From a bacterium (GTDB taxonomy: Bacteria > Desulfobacterota > DSWW01), in assembly GCA_040756235.1 (NCBI GenBank), contig JBFLZG010000004.1:33239-97238 (forward strand): DNA of 64,000 nucleotides, in the 5' to 3' direction. Within the stretch, counting starts at the first letter, position 1. Each line of letters opens with the position of its first letter. The notes under the pieces were generated by a model. The model saw nothing but the letters and a program-made list of their open reading frames with translations, did no database searches and was not told the DNA's origin. A program made the translations under genes and the position numbers. Positions 48,440-62,084 of this stretch are shown here, in pieces.

Positions 48440-49450
48440 ATGGAAAAGGGAACCGAAAAGGGCAGTGGCGGCGGCCCCGGGGTCGCCGGCGGCCTGGAGC
48501 AGGAAGGGCCTGTCCGGAGCTTCTCCGAATTCCTGGCGCACGGCAAGGGCTTCAGCCGGCACACGGTCCGGAGCTACGTGAGCGACCTCTGCCAGTTCCT
48601 CGAATACCTCCGCGAGAAGGAGCCCGGCAGGTCGATCGAAGAGGTGGATTCCTACGTCATCCGGGGCTTTCTGGCCAGCCGCTACGGCCGGAACCGGAAG
48701 ACCTCCCTGGGGAGGAAGCTTTCGACTCTGAGGAGCTTCTATCGATACCTCATTCGGGAGGGCAAGGTGAAGGTCAATCCGGCCGCTCTGCTCGCCATGC
48801 CCAAGCGGGAGCAGAGGCTGCCTTCGTTCCTCACCGTGGACGACGCCTTCCGGCTCATGGAAGCGCCGCGGGACGATACGTTCCTCCACGTCCGGGACAG
48901 GGCCATGCTGGAGCTCCTCTACGGGAGCGGTCTCAGGGTGAGCGAGCTGGTGGGGCTCGATGTGCCGGACGCACGTGCCGAGCTGCAGGTGCTCAGGGTG
49001 ATGGGCAAGGGGCGCAAGGAGCGGATCGTCCCGTTCGGGAACAAGGCGCGCCAGGCCCTGACCGCGTACCTGGCCAGGAGGGCAGCGCTGCTGGCCGGGA
49101 TTCCGGCGGCGGCCGACAAGCCCGAGACGGCCCTGTTCCTCAACCGGACCGGACAGAGGCTCACGACGCGCACCGTCGCACGCCGGCTGGACCAGCACAT
49201 CCGCAGGATCGGTTTGCCCAAGCAGGCCAGCCCTCATGCGCTGCGGCATTCTTTTGCCACGCATCTGCTGGATGCGGGCGCCGACCTGCGTTCCATCCAG
49301 GAGCTTCTGGGCCACTCGAACCTGGCGACGACCCAGCGGTATACGCATCTCAGCCTGGACCGGCTCATGGAGGTATACGATCAGGCACACCCCCGGGCGA
49401 AGATGAAGGGGAAGAGAGGGCGAAGGGAAAAGGCGAAAGGGGGAAGGTGA
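48440..49450 (+). CDS. xerC: Tyrosine recombinase XerC
   Basis: RDRAMLELLYGSGLRVSE, GKGRKER, HALRHSFATH, LGH, TTQRY; upstream of hslVU. Confidence 0.9.
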   Translation: MEKGTEKGSGGGPGVAGGLEQEGPVRSFSEFLAHGKGFSRHTVRSYVSDLCQFLEYLREKEPGRSIEEVDSYVIRGFLASRYGRNRKTSLGRKLSTLRSFYRYLIREGKVKVNPAALLAMPKREQRLPSFLTVDDAFRLMEAPRDDTFLHVRDRAMLELLYGSGLRVSELVGLDVPDARAELQVLRVMGKGRKERIVPFGNKARQALTAYLARRAALLAGIPAAADKPETALFLNRTGQRLTTRTVARRLDQHIRRIGLPKQASPHALRHSFATHLLDAGADLRSIQELLGHSNLATTQRYTHLSLDRLMEVYDQAHPRAKMKGKRGRREKAKGGR

Positions 49451-49569
49451 AGACAGAGGGGGAAGGACCAGGCAAAGGGAAGAGTCCCCCGGCGCCTCTT
49501 CGGACCTCGAGCCCTTGCGCCGCTTCTAAAGGAAAGATAGGAAAGAGGTAACACCCGGTCCTCATGAAC

Positions 49570-49670
49570 TCCCTCTCCCCCGTGCATGGGGGACAGGGTA
49601 GGGGTGAGGGGGGAAAAGGAGCAGATGCACCCCTCATCCTGACCTTCTCCCCTCGCCGAGGGGAGAAGGT
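49570..49670. repeat. Family B paired palindromes
   Basis: Same layout and near-identical arms to 41147-41247. Confidence 0.85.
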
Positions 49671-49751
49671 ATAAAGAAGGTGACCGCCTCCGAGAGAGGC
49701 ATCGAAAAGTAGCGCTCAAGAGCGTTCGAAAGCTGGCACGGGAGAGGGGCG

Positions 49752-50279
49752 ATGATTCGCAGCACGACCATTCTGGGCGTCCGGTGCCGGGGTGGCGTCG
49801 CCATCGGCGGTGACGGCCAGGTCACGATGAACAACGTAGTCATGAAGGCCCAGGCCAGGAAGATCCGCAGGCTCTACGGCGGGAAGATCCTCTCCGGCTT
49901 TGCCGGCGCCGCAGCGGACGCCTTTGCGCTCTACGAGAAGTTCGACGCCAAGCTCGAGCAGTATCACGGCAACCTCACGCGCGCTGCGGTGGAGCTGGCC
50001 AAGGACTGGCGCACGGACCGGATCCTCCGGCGCCTGGAAGCGCTGCTGGTCGCCATGGACGGCGAACGATCGCTCATCATCTCCGGCACCGGGGACGTCA
50101 TCGAGCCGGACGACGGCGTGGTCGCCATCGGCAGCGGAGGGCCGATGGCCCTTTCCGCGGCGCGCGCGCTCGTGGCCCACTCGGCGCTTTCGGCGCGGCA
50201 GGTCGTGGAGGAGGCCCTCAAGATCGCCTCCGAGATCTGTGTCTTCACCAATCAGCAGCTTTCCATCGAAGAACTCTGA
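49752..50279 (+). CDS. hslV: ATP-dependent protease subunit HslV
   Basis: TTIL, GDGQVT, GFAG, AIGSGG. Confidence 0.97.
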   Translation: MIRSTTILGVRCRGGVAIGGDGQVTMNNVVMKAQARKIRRLYGGKILSGFAGAAADAFALYEKFDAKLEQYHGNLTRAAVELAKDWRTDRILRRLEALLVAMDGERSLIISGTGDVIEPDDGVVAIGSGGPMALSAARALVAHSALSARQVVEEALKIASEICVFTNQQLSIEEL

Positions 50280-50317
50280 AGCCCGGCATCGGACCGGGGG
50301 GAGCGAAAGTCGCAATC

Positions 50318-51697
<1,380 letters not shown>

Positions 51698-51808
51698 AAT
51701 TCTTCAAGGAGCCCGCGGCCCGGAGGCCGTGGCTCCCCTCACCTGAGCCGAATTCTCGGACAGGCTGGCGAACACCTACACAACTGGCCCGGAGGTTCGC
51801 AGAGGTCC

Positions 51809-52681
51809 ATGGAACGGAGTATCGAGAAGGCAAAGACCTTGACCGAAGCGCTTCCCTACATCCAGCGCTTCCGCGGCAAGACGCTGGTGATCAAGTACGG
51901 CGGCAGCGCCATGAAAGAGGACCGCCTCCGGCAGCACTTCGCGCAGGACATCGTGCTCATGAGCTTCGTGGGGCTCCATCCGGTGGTCGTCCACGGAGGG
52001 GGGCCGCAGATCGGACAGATCCTCGAGAGACTCGGGAAACCTTCGCGCTTCGTGCAGGGCATGCGGGTCACGGACGCCGAGACCATGGAGGTGGTCGAGA
52101 TGGTCCTGTGCGGAAAGATCAACAAGGACCTGGTGCGCCTGATCCAGCAGCAGGGGGGCAAGGCCGTGGGCCTGAGCGGCAAGGACGGCAGCCTGATCCG
52201 GGCCCGCAAGCTCATCCTGGAGGAAGCGGCTCTGGACGGGGTCGAGGACATGGGGTTCGTGGGGGAGGTCACCTCCATCCAGGCTTCGATCATCGAGACC
52301 CTGGACAATCACCAGTACATTCCGGTGGTGGCGCCGGTCGGAGTGGGCGAGCAGGGCGAGACCTACAACATCAACGCGGATCTGGTGGCCAGCCGCCTGG
52401 CGGTCTCGCTCAAGGCCGACAAGCTGATCCTGCTGACCGACGTGGAAGGGATACTGGATCCCACGGGGGAGCTGATCTCGTCGATCGGGCTGAGCGAGCT
52501 CGAGGGGCTGCTGAAGCGCAAGGTGGTGAGCGGCGGCATGATTCCGAAAGTCTTGTGCTGCGCCGATGCCATCCGCAACGGCGTGCGCAAGGCCCACATC
52601 GTCGACGGCCGGGTCGAGCACTCGGTCCTGCTCGAGGTGTTCACGGACGGGGGCGTCGGGACCGAGATCTACGCAGATTGA
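51809..52681 (+). CDS. argB: Acetylglutamate kinase
   Basis: EALPYI, KYGG, VHGGGP, NINAD, GGMIPK. Confidence 0.97.
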   Translation: MERSIEKAKTLTEALPYIQRFRGKTLVIKYGGSAMKEDRLRQHFAQDIVLMSFVGLHPVVVHGGGPQIGQILERLGKPSRFVQGMRVTDAETMEVVEMVLCGKINKDLVRLIQQQGGKAVGLSGKDGSLIRARKLILEEAALDGVEDMGFVGEVTSIQASIIETLDNHQYIPVVAPVGVGEQGETYNINADLVASRLAVSLKADKLILLTDVEGILDPTGELISSIGLSELEGLLKRKVVSGGMIPKVLCCADAIRNGVRKAHIVDGRVEHSVLLEVFTDGGVGTEIYAD

Positions 52682-52689
52682 GAAGAAGA

Positions 52690-52820
52690 GGAGTCAGGTA
52701 CTGGGTGTCAGGGAAGAGAAGAGAGGTCTCAGTATCAGGCGTTGGGTAGCGGTGCCGGGGAAGCGAGGTTTCGAGTAATAAGCGGGGGCCTGAAACTTGA
52801 ATACCTGAAACCCGACACCT
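52690..52820. repeat. Inverted pair of heptamer tandem arrays (AGGTGTC-type)
   Basis: GGAGTCA GGTACTG GGTGTCA ... CCTGAAA CTTGAATA CCTGAAA CCCGACA CCT. Confidence 0.7.
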
Positions 52821-52840
52821 GGTTCTGGAGCGAGGAAGAG

Positions 52841-54076
52841 ATGGGAAACAAGCCAGCAAAGCCAGCCGAGGCCGTACAGGTGTCCAGCAACGAGGCGGCG
52901 ATCGCCCTGACCGAGCGGCACGTCATTCCGACGTATGCCCGCTTTCCCATCGCCATCGTCCGCGGCGAAGGGTGCCGGGTGTGGGACGCCGACGGCCGCA
53001 TGTACCTGGACTTCGTGGCCGGGCTGGCGGTCTGCAATCTCGGCCACTGCCACCCGCGGGTGGTGGAAGCGATCCGCGCCCAGGCCGGCAGGCTCCTGCA
53101 CGTCTCCAACCTGTATCACATCCCCGAGCAGTCCCGTCTGGCCCGCAAGCTCGCGGAGAACTCCTTCGGAGACCGGGTGTTTTTCTGCAACAGCGGCACC
53201 GAGGCGAACGAGGCGGCGATCAAGCTGGCGCGGCGCTACGAACGGTTCGTCCGCAACGGGGATCGGTTCGAGATCCTGACGATGCGGAACTCCTTCCACG
53301 GCAGGACCCTCGGCTCCGTGACCGCCACGGGCCAGGAGAAGTTCCACAAGGGCTTCGAGCCGCTGGTGCCCGGGTTCCGCTACGTTCCCTTTGACGACCC
53401 CGTGTCCCTCGAGAAGGCCGTGGACGAACGTACCTGCGCTGTCCTGCTCGAACCCATTCAGGGCGAGGGAGGCGTGGTCTGTCCCTCGGCGAGCTATCTG
53501 CGCTCGGTCCGGGAGATCTGTGACGAGCACAAGCTCCTGCTGATGTTCGACGAGGTGCAGGTCGGTATGGGCCGCACCGGGACGCTGTTCGCCTACGAGC
53601 AGTTCGGGGTGGAGCCGGACGTGATGACCCTGGCAAAGGGTCTGGCCGGAGGCGTGCCGATCGGGGCCTTGATCGCGACCGAGGAAGCGGCCAGAGGGTT
53701 CGTCCCGGGCGCCCATGCCGCGACCTTCGGCGGGAACCCGCTGGCTTGCGCCGCCGGGCTGGCTGCCCTGGAGGCGCTGCTGGAAGAAGGGATCCTCGAG
53801 AACTGCCGCCAGGCCGGCACCTATCTGCGGCGCGGTCTGGAACGGATCGCCCAGAAGCTCCCTGCCCTGGTGCGAGAGGTGCGCGGCCGAGGGCTCATCC
53901 TGGCCATGGAGCTCCAGGTCCCGGGCGGGCCTTTCGTGAAGGCCTGCATGGAGGCCGGGCTGCTCGTCAACTGTACGGCCGAGCGGGTCCTGCGCTTCCT
54001 GCCTCCGCTGGTGGTCAGCCGGGAGGAGATCGACGAGATGCTGGCGACCCTGGAGCGCGTGCTGTTGGCAGGCTGA
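52841..54076 (+). CDS. argD: Acetylornithine aminotransferase
   Basis: NSGTEANE, FHGRT, DEVQ.GMGRTG, LAKGL, TFGGNP; between argB and argF. Confidence 0.95.
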   Translation: MGNKPAKPAEAVQVSSNEAAIALTERHVIPTYARFPIAIVRGEGCRVWDADGRMYLDFVAGLAVCNLGHCHPRVVEAIRAQAGRLLHVSNLYHIPEQSRLARKLAENSFGDRVFFCNSGTEANEAAIKLARRYERFVRNGDRFEILTMRNSFHGRTLGSVTATGQEKFHKGFEPLVPGFRYVPFDDPVSLEKAVDERTCAVLLEPIQGEGGVVCPSASYLRSVREICDEHKLLLMFDEVQVGMGRTGTLFAYEQFGVEPDVMTLAKGLAGGVPIGALIATEEAARGFVPGAHAATFGGNPLACAAGLAALEALLEEGILENCRQAGTYLRRGLERIAQKLPALVREVRGRGLILAMELQVPGGPFVKACMEAGLLVNCTAERVLRFLPPLVVSREEIDEMLATLERVLLAG

Positions 54077-54169
54077 AGAGGCCGAAGTGAAGGCCGCAAT
54101 GCCGGATGTCACGTGCGATCCCTGAAGGCTGAGATCCGGTGTTTGGCTTTCTTGGCAAACAAGTCTTCT

Positions 54170-54328
54170 GGAGGCTGGCGAGAAATGCCCGGATGCAAGG
54201 CAGGCGAAGCTCTGAGGAATGAGGCGTACACAGGTCGGGGCAATGGACCCCGGCCTTCGCCGGGGCAGGCTCCCCGCCTCCATCCCAGGCAAGCCGAACG
54301 CCGCAGATGGGCGTTTATCGACGGCCTC
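54170..54328 (-). mobile_element. Family A element, inverted, with nested hairpin module
   Basis: Reverse complement aligns to the 10979 copy at both ends; insert at 54244-54283. Confidence 0.8.
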
Positions 54329-54342
54329 TGCGGGGGGTAACG

Positions 54343-55289
54343 ATGAAGCGGCACTTCCTCACCCTTGCGGATCGCTCCCGGAGAGAGCTGCAGGCTCTTC
54401 TGGACAGGGCGTTGGTTCTGAAGAGGGCTGCCAAGTCCGGCAGCGGAGTCGGGGCGACCCCGCTCAAGGGAAGGCTCCTGGGCCTTCTTTTCGAGAAGCC
54501 CTCGCTCAGGACGCGCGTCACCTTCGAGGTGGGCATGCGCCAGCTCGGGGGGGACTCGATTTACCTGGGAGCCTCGGAGGTGCAGCTCGGGGTGCGGGAA
54601 TCGGTGGCGGACGTGGCCCGCAACCTCGAGAGATGGATCGACGGGATCGTGCTCCGCACCTTTCGGCACGAGATGGTGGAAGAGCTGGCCCGCCACTCCT
54701 CCATCCCGGTGATCAACGGGCTCACCGACCTGCAGCACCCCTGTCAGATCTTTTCGGACCTGCTGACGCTCCTGGAGAAGAAGGGCCGTCTCGAGGGTCT
54801 CCGGGTCGCCTACATCGGGGACGGGAACAACGTCGCCAACTCCTGGCTCCAGGGCGCCGCGATCATGGGCATGGAGCTGGTCGTCTGTACCCCCAAGGCG
54901 TACGAGCCGCACGGGCCGATCCTGCGGGACGCCCAGAAGATAGCGCGCAAGTCCGGGGCCCGGATCGTCCTTGCTGCGGACCCCCTGAAAGCGGCCGCAG
55001 GCGCCGACGTGCTGTACACGGACGTGTGGACGAGCATGGGCCAGGAGCGGGAGGCGGTCCGGCGGAAAGCCGCGTTCAAGAGCTTCCAGATCAACCAGGC
55101 GCTCGTCCGGCGCGCCAAGAAGGATGTCCTGGTGATGCACTGCCTGCCCGCCCACCGGGGCGAGGAGATCACGGACGCGGTGATCGACGGTCCTCACTCC
55201 ATCGTCTTCGATCAGGCCGAGAACCGGCTGCACGCCCAGAAGGCCATCCTGGAGGCGCTGATGAGCGGGAAAAAAGGTAAGGAGAGGAC

Positions 55290-55293
<4 letters not shown>
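54343..55293 (+). CDS. argF: Ornithine carbamoyltransferase
   Basis: [26 protein letters not shown]. Confidence 0.97.
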
Positions 55294-56497
<1,204 letters not shown>

Positions 56498-56501
<4 letters not shown>

Positions 56502-57952
56502 GCATGACACGAAATCGGGGGGGGAGCGGGCGGGGGAAGCCCGGGGCCAAGGCCTGGGCCGGCCGCTTCCGGGAGGGGACCGCTCCCGAGGTGGAGCTGT
56601 TTACCGAGTCCGTTTCGTTCGACCGCAGGCTCTATCGCCAGGACATTGCGGGAAGCGTCGCGCATTGCGAGATGCTCGCCCGCCAAGGAGTCCTCTCCGG
56701 CGAGGAGGCCGAGCTCATCGTGAAGGGCCTGCTGGAGATCCGTCGGGAGATCGAGGAGGGCCGCTTCCGGTTTTCGTCCGATCGGGAAGACATCCACATG
56801 CACGTGGAGGCGCGGCTCGTGGAAAAGATCGGCCCGGTCGGAGGCAAGCTCCACACCGGCCGGAGCCGCAACGACCAGGTCGCCCTGGACGTGCGGCTCT
56901 ATCTGCGGGACGCGATCGACGAGGTCCGGCGCGGGCTGCATCGCCTGCTCGGAACCATTGTGGACAGGGCCGAGGCGTCGGTGGAGGCGATTCTGCCCGG
57001 CTTCACCCATCTCCAGAAAGCGCAGCCGGTGCGCCTGGGCCACCACCTGATGGCCTATTATCAGATGTTCACCCGGGACCAGGAGCGCTTGCTTCAGATC
57101 CGGGAGCGGGTCGATGTGATGCCCCTGGGCGCCGGCGCTCTGGCCGGGAGCGGTCATCCCGTGGACCCTTCCTACGTTGCCGGACGGCTGGGCTTCGCGC
57201 GCGTGGCGGCCAACAGCATGGACGCGGTGAGCGACCGGGACTTCGTCCTCGAGTTCTGCTTCGCCGCCTCCTTGATCCTGCTCCACCTCAGCCGGTGGTC
57301 GGAGGAGCTGATCCTGTGGTCGACCGATGCCTTCGGTTTCGTCGAGCTGCCGGACGGCCTGTGCACGGGCAGCAGCATGATGCCGCAGAAGAAGAATCCG
57401 GACGTGCTCGAGCTCATCCGGGGAAAGACGGGCCGGGTGTACGGGGACCTGGTCGCCCTGCTCACCACCCTGAAGGGCCTGCCGCTCACCTACAATCGGG
57501 ACATGCAGGAAGACAAGGCGCCCCTGTTCGACGCCGTGGACACGGTCGGGAGCGCTCTTTCGGTCTTTACCCTGCTCCTGGCCGGAGTCCGGTTCCGGGT
57601 CGAACGGATGCGCGAGGAGGCCGAGAAGGGGTTCCTGAACGCGACCGATCTTGCCGACGAGCTGGTGCGCCGGGGAATGCCCTTCCGGGACGCTCATGGG
57701 ATTGCGGGCGCGGCGGTCCGGTACTGCCTGGACCGGGGCGCGCGCCTGGAGGACCTCACGCCCGAAGAGTGGAAGAGCATCTCCCCCGGGATCGACCCTT
57801 CCGTGGGTTCGGCGCTGGAGCTGGAAAGGGTCGTGGAAAGGCGCGCGGCCCCGGGCGGCACCGCCCGCAGGCAGGTGCTGGCTCAGATCCGCCGGGCCCA
57901 CAAGGAGCTGCAGAAGGCAGCCGCGGGATTGGGTTCCGCGCGCGAAAGCTGA
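56498..57952 (+). CDS. argH: Argininosuccinate lyase
   Basis: [33 protein letters not shown]. Confidence 0.98.
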
Positions 57953-58033
57953 AGCGACGGTCACGGCTGGCAGAGCAGCCGCACAGGTTCGTTATCAACA
58001 GAACCTTGTATGCATCCAAAGTAAGGTGAAGAC

Positions 58034-58543
58034 ATGGCCCGACCCGGACGGCCGGCCGCAAGAAGAGCGTCTGCATTCGGGGCCCGGCCCTTTGCCCGGA
58101 TATGGATCTCGGGCCCCTGCCTGGCACTGGCCGTGATCGCCTGCGGGCTCAAGGCGGATCCGCAGCCGCGCGACTCGGTCGTTCCCATGCCGGTCGCGGA
58201 CCTCAGCGTCCGGGCCGAAGGCGGGCTCATGCGCGTCGACTTCACGCTGCCTGACAAGAGCCTGGACGGCAGCAGTCTGGAGGCGATCGGAGGCTACCGG
58301 CTCATCCTGGGATCTCCGTCGGGGAAGGAGGAGGAGCGCCGGGACGTCCGATTCTCCGTAACGGAGCAGAAGCGGCAGGTCGGCCGTTCCGTGACGGTCT
58401 ACCAGGCGCCGGAGGAAGGAAGCGGGACTTACACGTTCTGGGTCTTGCCGCTGGACGCGTACGGGAGCCATCCGGAAATAGGCGAAGGCGTCCCCCTCGT
58501 CTGGGAGGGCCAGGCGCCGGCGGCGGGGCAGCGAGACCCTTGA
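58034..58543 (+). CDS. Putative lipoprotein (LptM/LppL-like N-terminus, beta-rich domain)
   Basis: Lipobox LAVIAC followed by GLKADP; position upstream of lysA. Confidence 0.65.
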   Translation: MARPGRPAARRASAFGARPFARIWISGPCLALAVIACGLKADPQPRDSVVPMPVADLSVRAEGGLMRVDFTLPDKSLDGSSLEAIGGYRLILGSPSGKEEERRDVRFSVTEQKRQVGRSVTVYQAPEEGSGTYTFWVLPLDAYGSHPEIGEGVPLVWEGQAPAAGQRDP

Positions 58544-58605
58544 ATCCGCATGGCCGGTAGGCCGAGGGCCGCTCCCCGGGGTCCGGCAGGAAGAGGTGAC
58601 GGAGC

Positions 58606-59868
58606 ATGCACGAGTTCGACTATCGAGACGGAAATCTCCACGGCGAGGGCGTGCCCCTGGAGACCATCGCCCGCGAGGTGGGCACGCCTTTCTATTGTTA
58701 CAGCCTGGCCACCCTCCGCAGGCACTTCGAGGTCTTCGAGCAGCCGTTCGAGAAGGTCCCCCATCTGGTCTGTTTTTCGATGAAGGCCAACTCCAACCTG
58801 GCCCTGCTGAGAGTCTTCCTGAATCTCGGCGGGGGTCTGGACGTGGTTTCCGGCGGGGAGCTGTACCGGGCCCTCAAGGCGGGGTGCGATCCGGCGAAGA
58901 TCGTGTTTTCCGGGGTCGGCAAGAGCGCTGCCGAGATGGAGGCGGCGCTGGCGGCAGGCATCCTGATGTTCAACGTGGAATCGGAGCAGGAGCTCGAGCG
59001 GCTCAACGCGGTCGCCGGCAAGGCGGGCAGGAAGGCGCCGGTGGCCCTCAGGGTGAATCCGGACATCGATGCCCGGACGCACCCGTACATCTCCACCGGG
59101 TTGAAGAAGAACAAGTTCGGCATCCGGATCGAGGAGTCCCTCCGGACCTATGAGCTTGCCCGTTCCCTCGAGCACGTCGAACCGGTGGGGGTCCACTGTC
59201 ACATCGGCAGCCAGCTTCTGGACACGAAGCCTTTCGTGGACGCGCTGCAGAGGGTGAAGGCGCTCGTGCGCACCCTCCGGGAGCAGGCTTTCGACATCCG
59301 CTACCTGGACCTGGGCGGTGGGCTCGGCATCACTTACAACGAGGAGACGCCGCCGCATCCGGCGGAATACGCGAAAGCCCTGGTGGAGGAGGCGGCCGAT
59401 CTGGGATGCACGTTCATTCTGGAACCCGGGCGGGTCCTGGTGGGCAATGCGGGCATCCTGGTCACGCAGGTGCAGTACATCAAGAAGAGCCCCGAGAAAA
59501 CCTTCGTGATCGTGGACTCGGCCATGAACGACTGCATCCGGCCGAGCCTCTATGGCGCGTACCAGGCGATCTGGCCGATCCGCAGAAGAAACGGCGAAGA
59601 GATTCGGGCGGATGTGGTGGGCCCGATCTGCGAGAGCGGGGACTTTCTGGCCAAGGACCGTCTGATCCCCTCCCTGGAGCCCGGGGACCTCGTGGCCGTG
59701 ATGAGCGCCGGCGCCTACGGGTTCAGCATGTCCTCGAACTACAATTCCAGGCCCCGGGTAGCCGAGGTCCTGGTGGGAGGAGACCGTTACTGGGTGGTCC
59801 GCAAGAGAGAGAGCTACGAGGATCTCCTGAGGGGCGAGTCCATCCCGGAGTTTTTGGCGAAGACGTGA
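58606..59868 (+). CDS. lysA: Diaminopimelate decarboxylase
   Basis: GTPFY, MKAN, HIGSQ, EPGR, GPICESGD, GAYG..MSSNYN. Confidence 0.97.
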   Translation: MHEFDYRDGNLHGEGVPLETIAREVGTPFYCYSLATLRRHFEVFEQPFEKVPHLVCFSMKANSNLALLRVFLNLGGGLDVVSGGELYRALKAGCDPAKIVFSGVGKSAAEMEAALAAGILMFNVESEQELERLNAVAGKAGRKAPVALRVNPDIDARTHPYISTGLKKNKFGIRIEESLRTYELARSLEHVEPVGVHCHIGSQLLDTKPFVDALQRVKALVRTLREQAFDIRYLDLGGGLGITYNEETPPHPAEYAKALVEEAADLGCTFILEPGRVLVGNAGILVTQVQYIKKSPEKTFVIVDSAMNDCIRPSLYGAYQAIWPIRRRNGEEIRADVVGPICESGDFLAKDRLIPSLEPGDLVAVMSAGAYGFSMSSNYNSRPRVAEVLVGGDRYWVVRKRESYEDLLRGESIPEFLAKT

Positions 59869-59877
59869 AACACGCAG

Positions 59878-60006
59878 AGGTTCTAGGTTACAGGTTTCAG
59901 CTTTCAGGTCCCCGGCCCGCAACCCGAGAGGGGCCGGGCTCAGAGTGTCCGCAATGTCGGGCGGCGGGTACAGGGGCTGATACCTGACACCCGACACCTG
60001 ACACCT
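59878..60006. repeat. Inverted pair of heptamer tandem arrays (AGGTGTC-type)
   Basis: AGGTTCT AGGTTAC AGGTTTC AGCTTTC AGGTCCC ... CTGATA CCTGACA CCCGACA CCTGACA CCT. Confidence 0.78.
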
Positions 60007-60026
60007 TCCTGCTTCAGGAGGTCCCG

Positions 60027-60860
60027 TTGCATCACAACATCCAATTCTCCAAGCTCAGCGGCTCCGGCAATGACTTCATCGTCGTCGACAACCGGCAAGG
60101 AACGTTCAGGAGGGAGGAGCTTCCCCGGGTGGCCCGCACCCTTTGCCGCAGGAACTTCTCGATCGGGGCCGACGGCTTCATCGCCCTGGAGAGCTCGGAC
60201 ACGGCCGATTTCCGGTGGCAGTTCTTCAACGCGGACGGAAGCGTCGCCGAAATGTGCGGTAACGGCGGAAGGTGCGCCGCCCGCTACGCCTCGGAGAAGG
60301 GGATCGCAGGGCCCCGGCTCTGCTTCGAAACCCTTGCGGGCAGGATCCGGGCAGAGGTGAAAGGGAAGCGCGTCAAGCTCGAGCTGCCCCCGGCCGGTGA
60401 CCTGCGGACCTCGCTCTCGATCCCCCTGGCTTCCGGATCCCGCAAGGCGGATTTCATCAATTCCGGTGTGCCCCACGTCGTCATCGTGGCAGACAGACTC
60501 GAAGAAGTCGAAGTCGACGTCCTCGGCCGGGAGATCCGGTACCATCCGATGTTCGCGCCGGCCGGAACCAACGTGAACTTCATCCGCAAGCTGCGGGAAG
60601 CGAAAATCGAGGTTCGCACCTTTGAGAGGGGAGTCGAGGGGGAGACGCAGGCTTGCGGAACCGGGGCCGTGGCCGCCGCCCTGATCGCCTCCATCCGCTG
60701 GCGCATGCCGTCCCCCATTGCCGTGGAGACCCGGGGTGGCGAGGTCCTGGACGTCTATTTTGTAGCCGAGGGCGCCGGCTTCAGCCAGGTGTTCCTGGAG
60801 GGCGACACGCTCTGGGTCTATGACGGCGAGCTTCACGAGGAGGCCCTCGCGTCCGGATAG
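60027..60860 (+). CDS. dapF: Diaminopimelate epimerase
   Basis: GNDF, MCGNGGRC, GVPH, ERGVEGETQACGTG. Confidence 0.96.
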   Translation: MHHNIQFSKLSGSGNDFIVVDNRQGTFRREELPRVARTLCRRNFSIGADGFIALESSDTADFRWQFFNADGSVAEMCGNGGRCAARYASEKGIAGPRLCFETLAGRIRAEVKGKRVKLELPPAGDLRTSLSIPLASGSRKADFINSGVPHVVIVADRLEEVEVDVLGREIRYHPMFAPAGTNVNFIRKLREAKIEVRTFERGVEGETQACGTGAVAAALIASIRWRMPSPIAVETRGGEVLDVYFVAEGAGFSQVFLEGDTLWVYDGELHEEALASG

Positions 60861-60997
60861 CGCGAACGTCTGCATCGCTCTCCACGCCGTTTTTTCTCGG
60901 GCCGCGCGTGCGTCGCGCTACTTCTCTGTGTACACGGCAAGCGCGGTTGTGCTAAATCTATCAATAAAAGAGTGTTTTTAATCGAGGGAGGTCGAGC

Positions 60998-61876
60998 ATG
61001 TTCACGGGTTCCATGGTGGCCATCGTCACCCCTTTCCGGAACGGGGCGGTCGACATCGAGGCGCTGGGCCGGCTCATCGAGCTCCAGATCGCCGGAGGCA
61101 CGGACGTCATCGTACCCTGCGGCACCACGGGGGAGTCCGCGACCCTGACCCATGAGGAGCACCATCGGGTCATCCAGGCTGCCGTCCAGGCTTGTGCGGG
61201 GAGGAAGCAGGTTCTGGCCGGGACCGGATCCAACAATACGGAGGAAGCGATCCAGCTCACCCGGTTTGCCCGGAAGGCCGGCGCGGACGGCGCCCTGCTG
61301 ATCACGCCGTACTATAACAAGCCGACCCAGGAAGGCCTCTACCAGCACTTCGCCGCGGTGGCGCGGGCGGTGGACCTTCCCATCGTGGTCTACAACGTGC
61401 CGAGCAGGACCTCGGTGAGCATGAGCCCCGAGACCGTGGCCCGGCTTGCCGAGATCTCGAACATCGTCGGCATCAAGGAGGCGACCGGATCTCTCCAGCA
61501 CGTGAGCAAGATCGTCCAGCTGTGCGGGCCCGATTTCGCCGTGATCTCGGGCGACGATTTCACCACGCTCCCGCTCCTGGCCGTGGGCGGGGTGGGCGTC
61601 ATTTCCGTGACGGCCAACGTCGCCCCGCGGGACACCGCGGACATGGTCCGGAGCTTCCGGGAGGGGAACCTGGCCAAGGCCAGGGAGCTGCACCACAAGC
61701 TCTGGCCGCTGCATGAGGTCCTTTTCATGGAGACCAACCCGATTCCGGTCAAGGCGGCCCTTGCCATGATGGGAGTGATCGGGTGGGAGATCCGGCTGCC
61801 GATGACGCCGCTCTCCGAGCCCAACCGGCCGAAGCTCAGGAGAGCCCTCGAGCAGTACGGGCTCATAGAGGCATGA
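60998..61876 (+). CDS. dapA: 4-hydroxy-tetrahydrodipicolinate synthase
   Basis: GTTGES, PYYNKP, YNVPSRT, GIKEA, NPIPVK. Confidence 0.97.
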   Translation: MFTGSMVAIVTPFRNGAVDIEALGRLIELQIAGGTDVIVPCGTTGESATLTHEEHHRVIQAAVQACAGRKQVLAGTGSNNTEEAIQLTRFARKAGADGALLITPYYNKPTQEGLYQHFAAVARAVDLPIVVYNVPSRTSVSMSPETVARLAEISNIVGIKEATGSLQHVSKIVQLCGPDFAVISGDDFTTLPLLAVGGVGVISVTANVAPRDTADMVRSFREGNLAKARELHHKLWPLHEVLFMETNPIPVKAALAMMGVIGWEIRLPMTPLSEPNRPKLRRALEQYGLIEA

Positions 61877-61898
61877 GTGGGTTTTCCTCGGGATGTAG

Positions 61899-61997
61899 CC
61901 CCCTCACCCTGGCCCTCTCCCCCCTGCGGGGGCGAGGGTATCATTCGGAGTGCTCTTTCTCCTCTCCCCTACAAGGGGAGAGGGACAAGGTGAGGGG
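61899..61997. repeat. Family B paired palindromes, opposite arrangement
   Basis: CCCCTCACCCTGGCCCTCTCCCCC...GGGGGCGAGGG and CCTCTCCCCT...AGGGGAGAGGGACAAGGTGAGGGG with tails facing outward. Confidence 0.8.
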
Positions 61998-62084
61998 TGA
62001 CCGGAGACCCGGCCGCGACCCGTCATTGGGGCGGGGCCGGTGCTACGGCATGAATGAGCCCGCACGCGGGCTCATGGAGGCGAG

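Noticed and set aside
48440..49450. Tyrosine recombinase as a prophage or island integrase
   Set aside because: XerC-like sequence in the conserved xerC-hslVU context, no att site, tRNA or cargo.
60861..60997. Lysine riboswitch before dapA
   Set aside because: Gap too short and no recognisable aptamer features.
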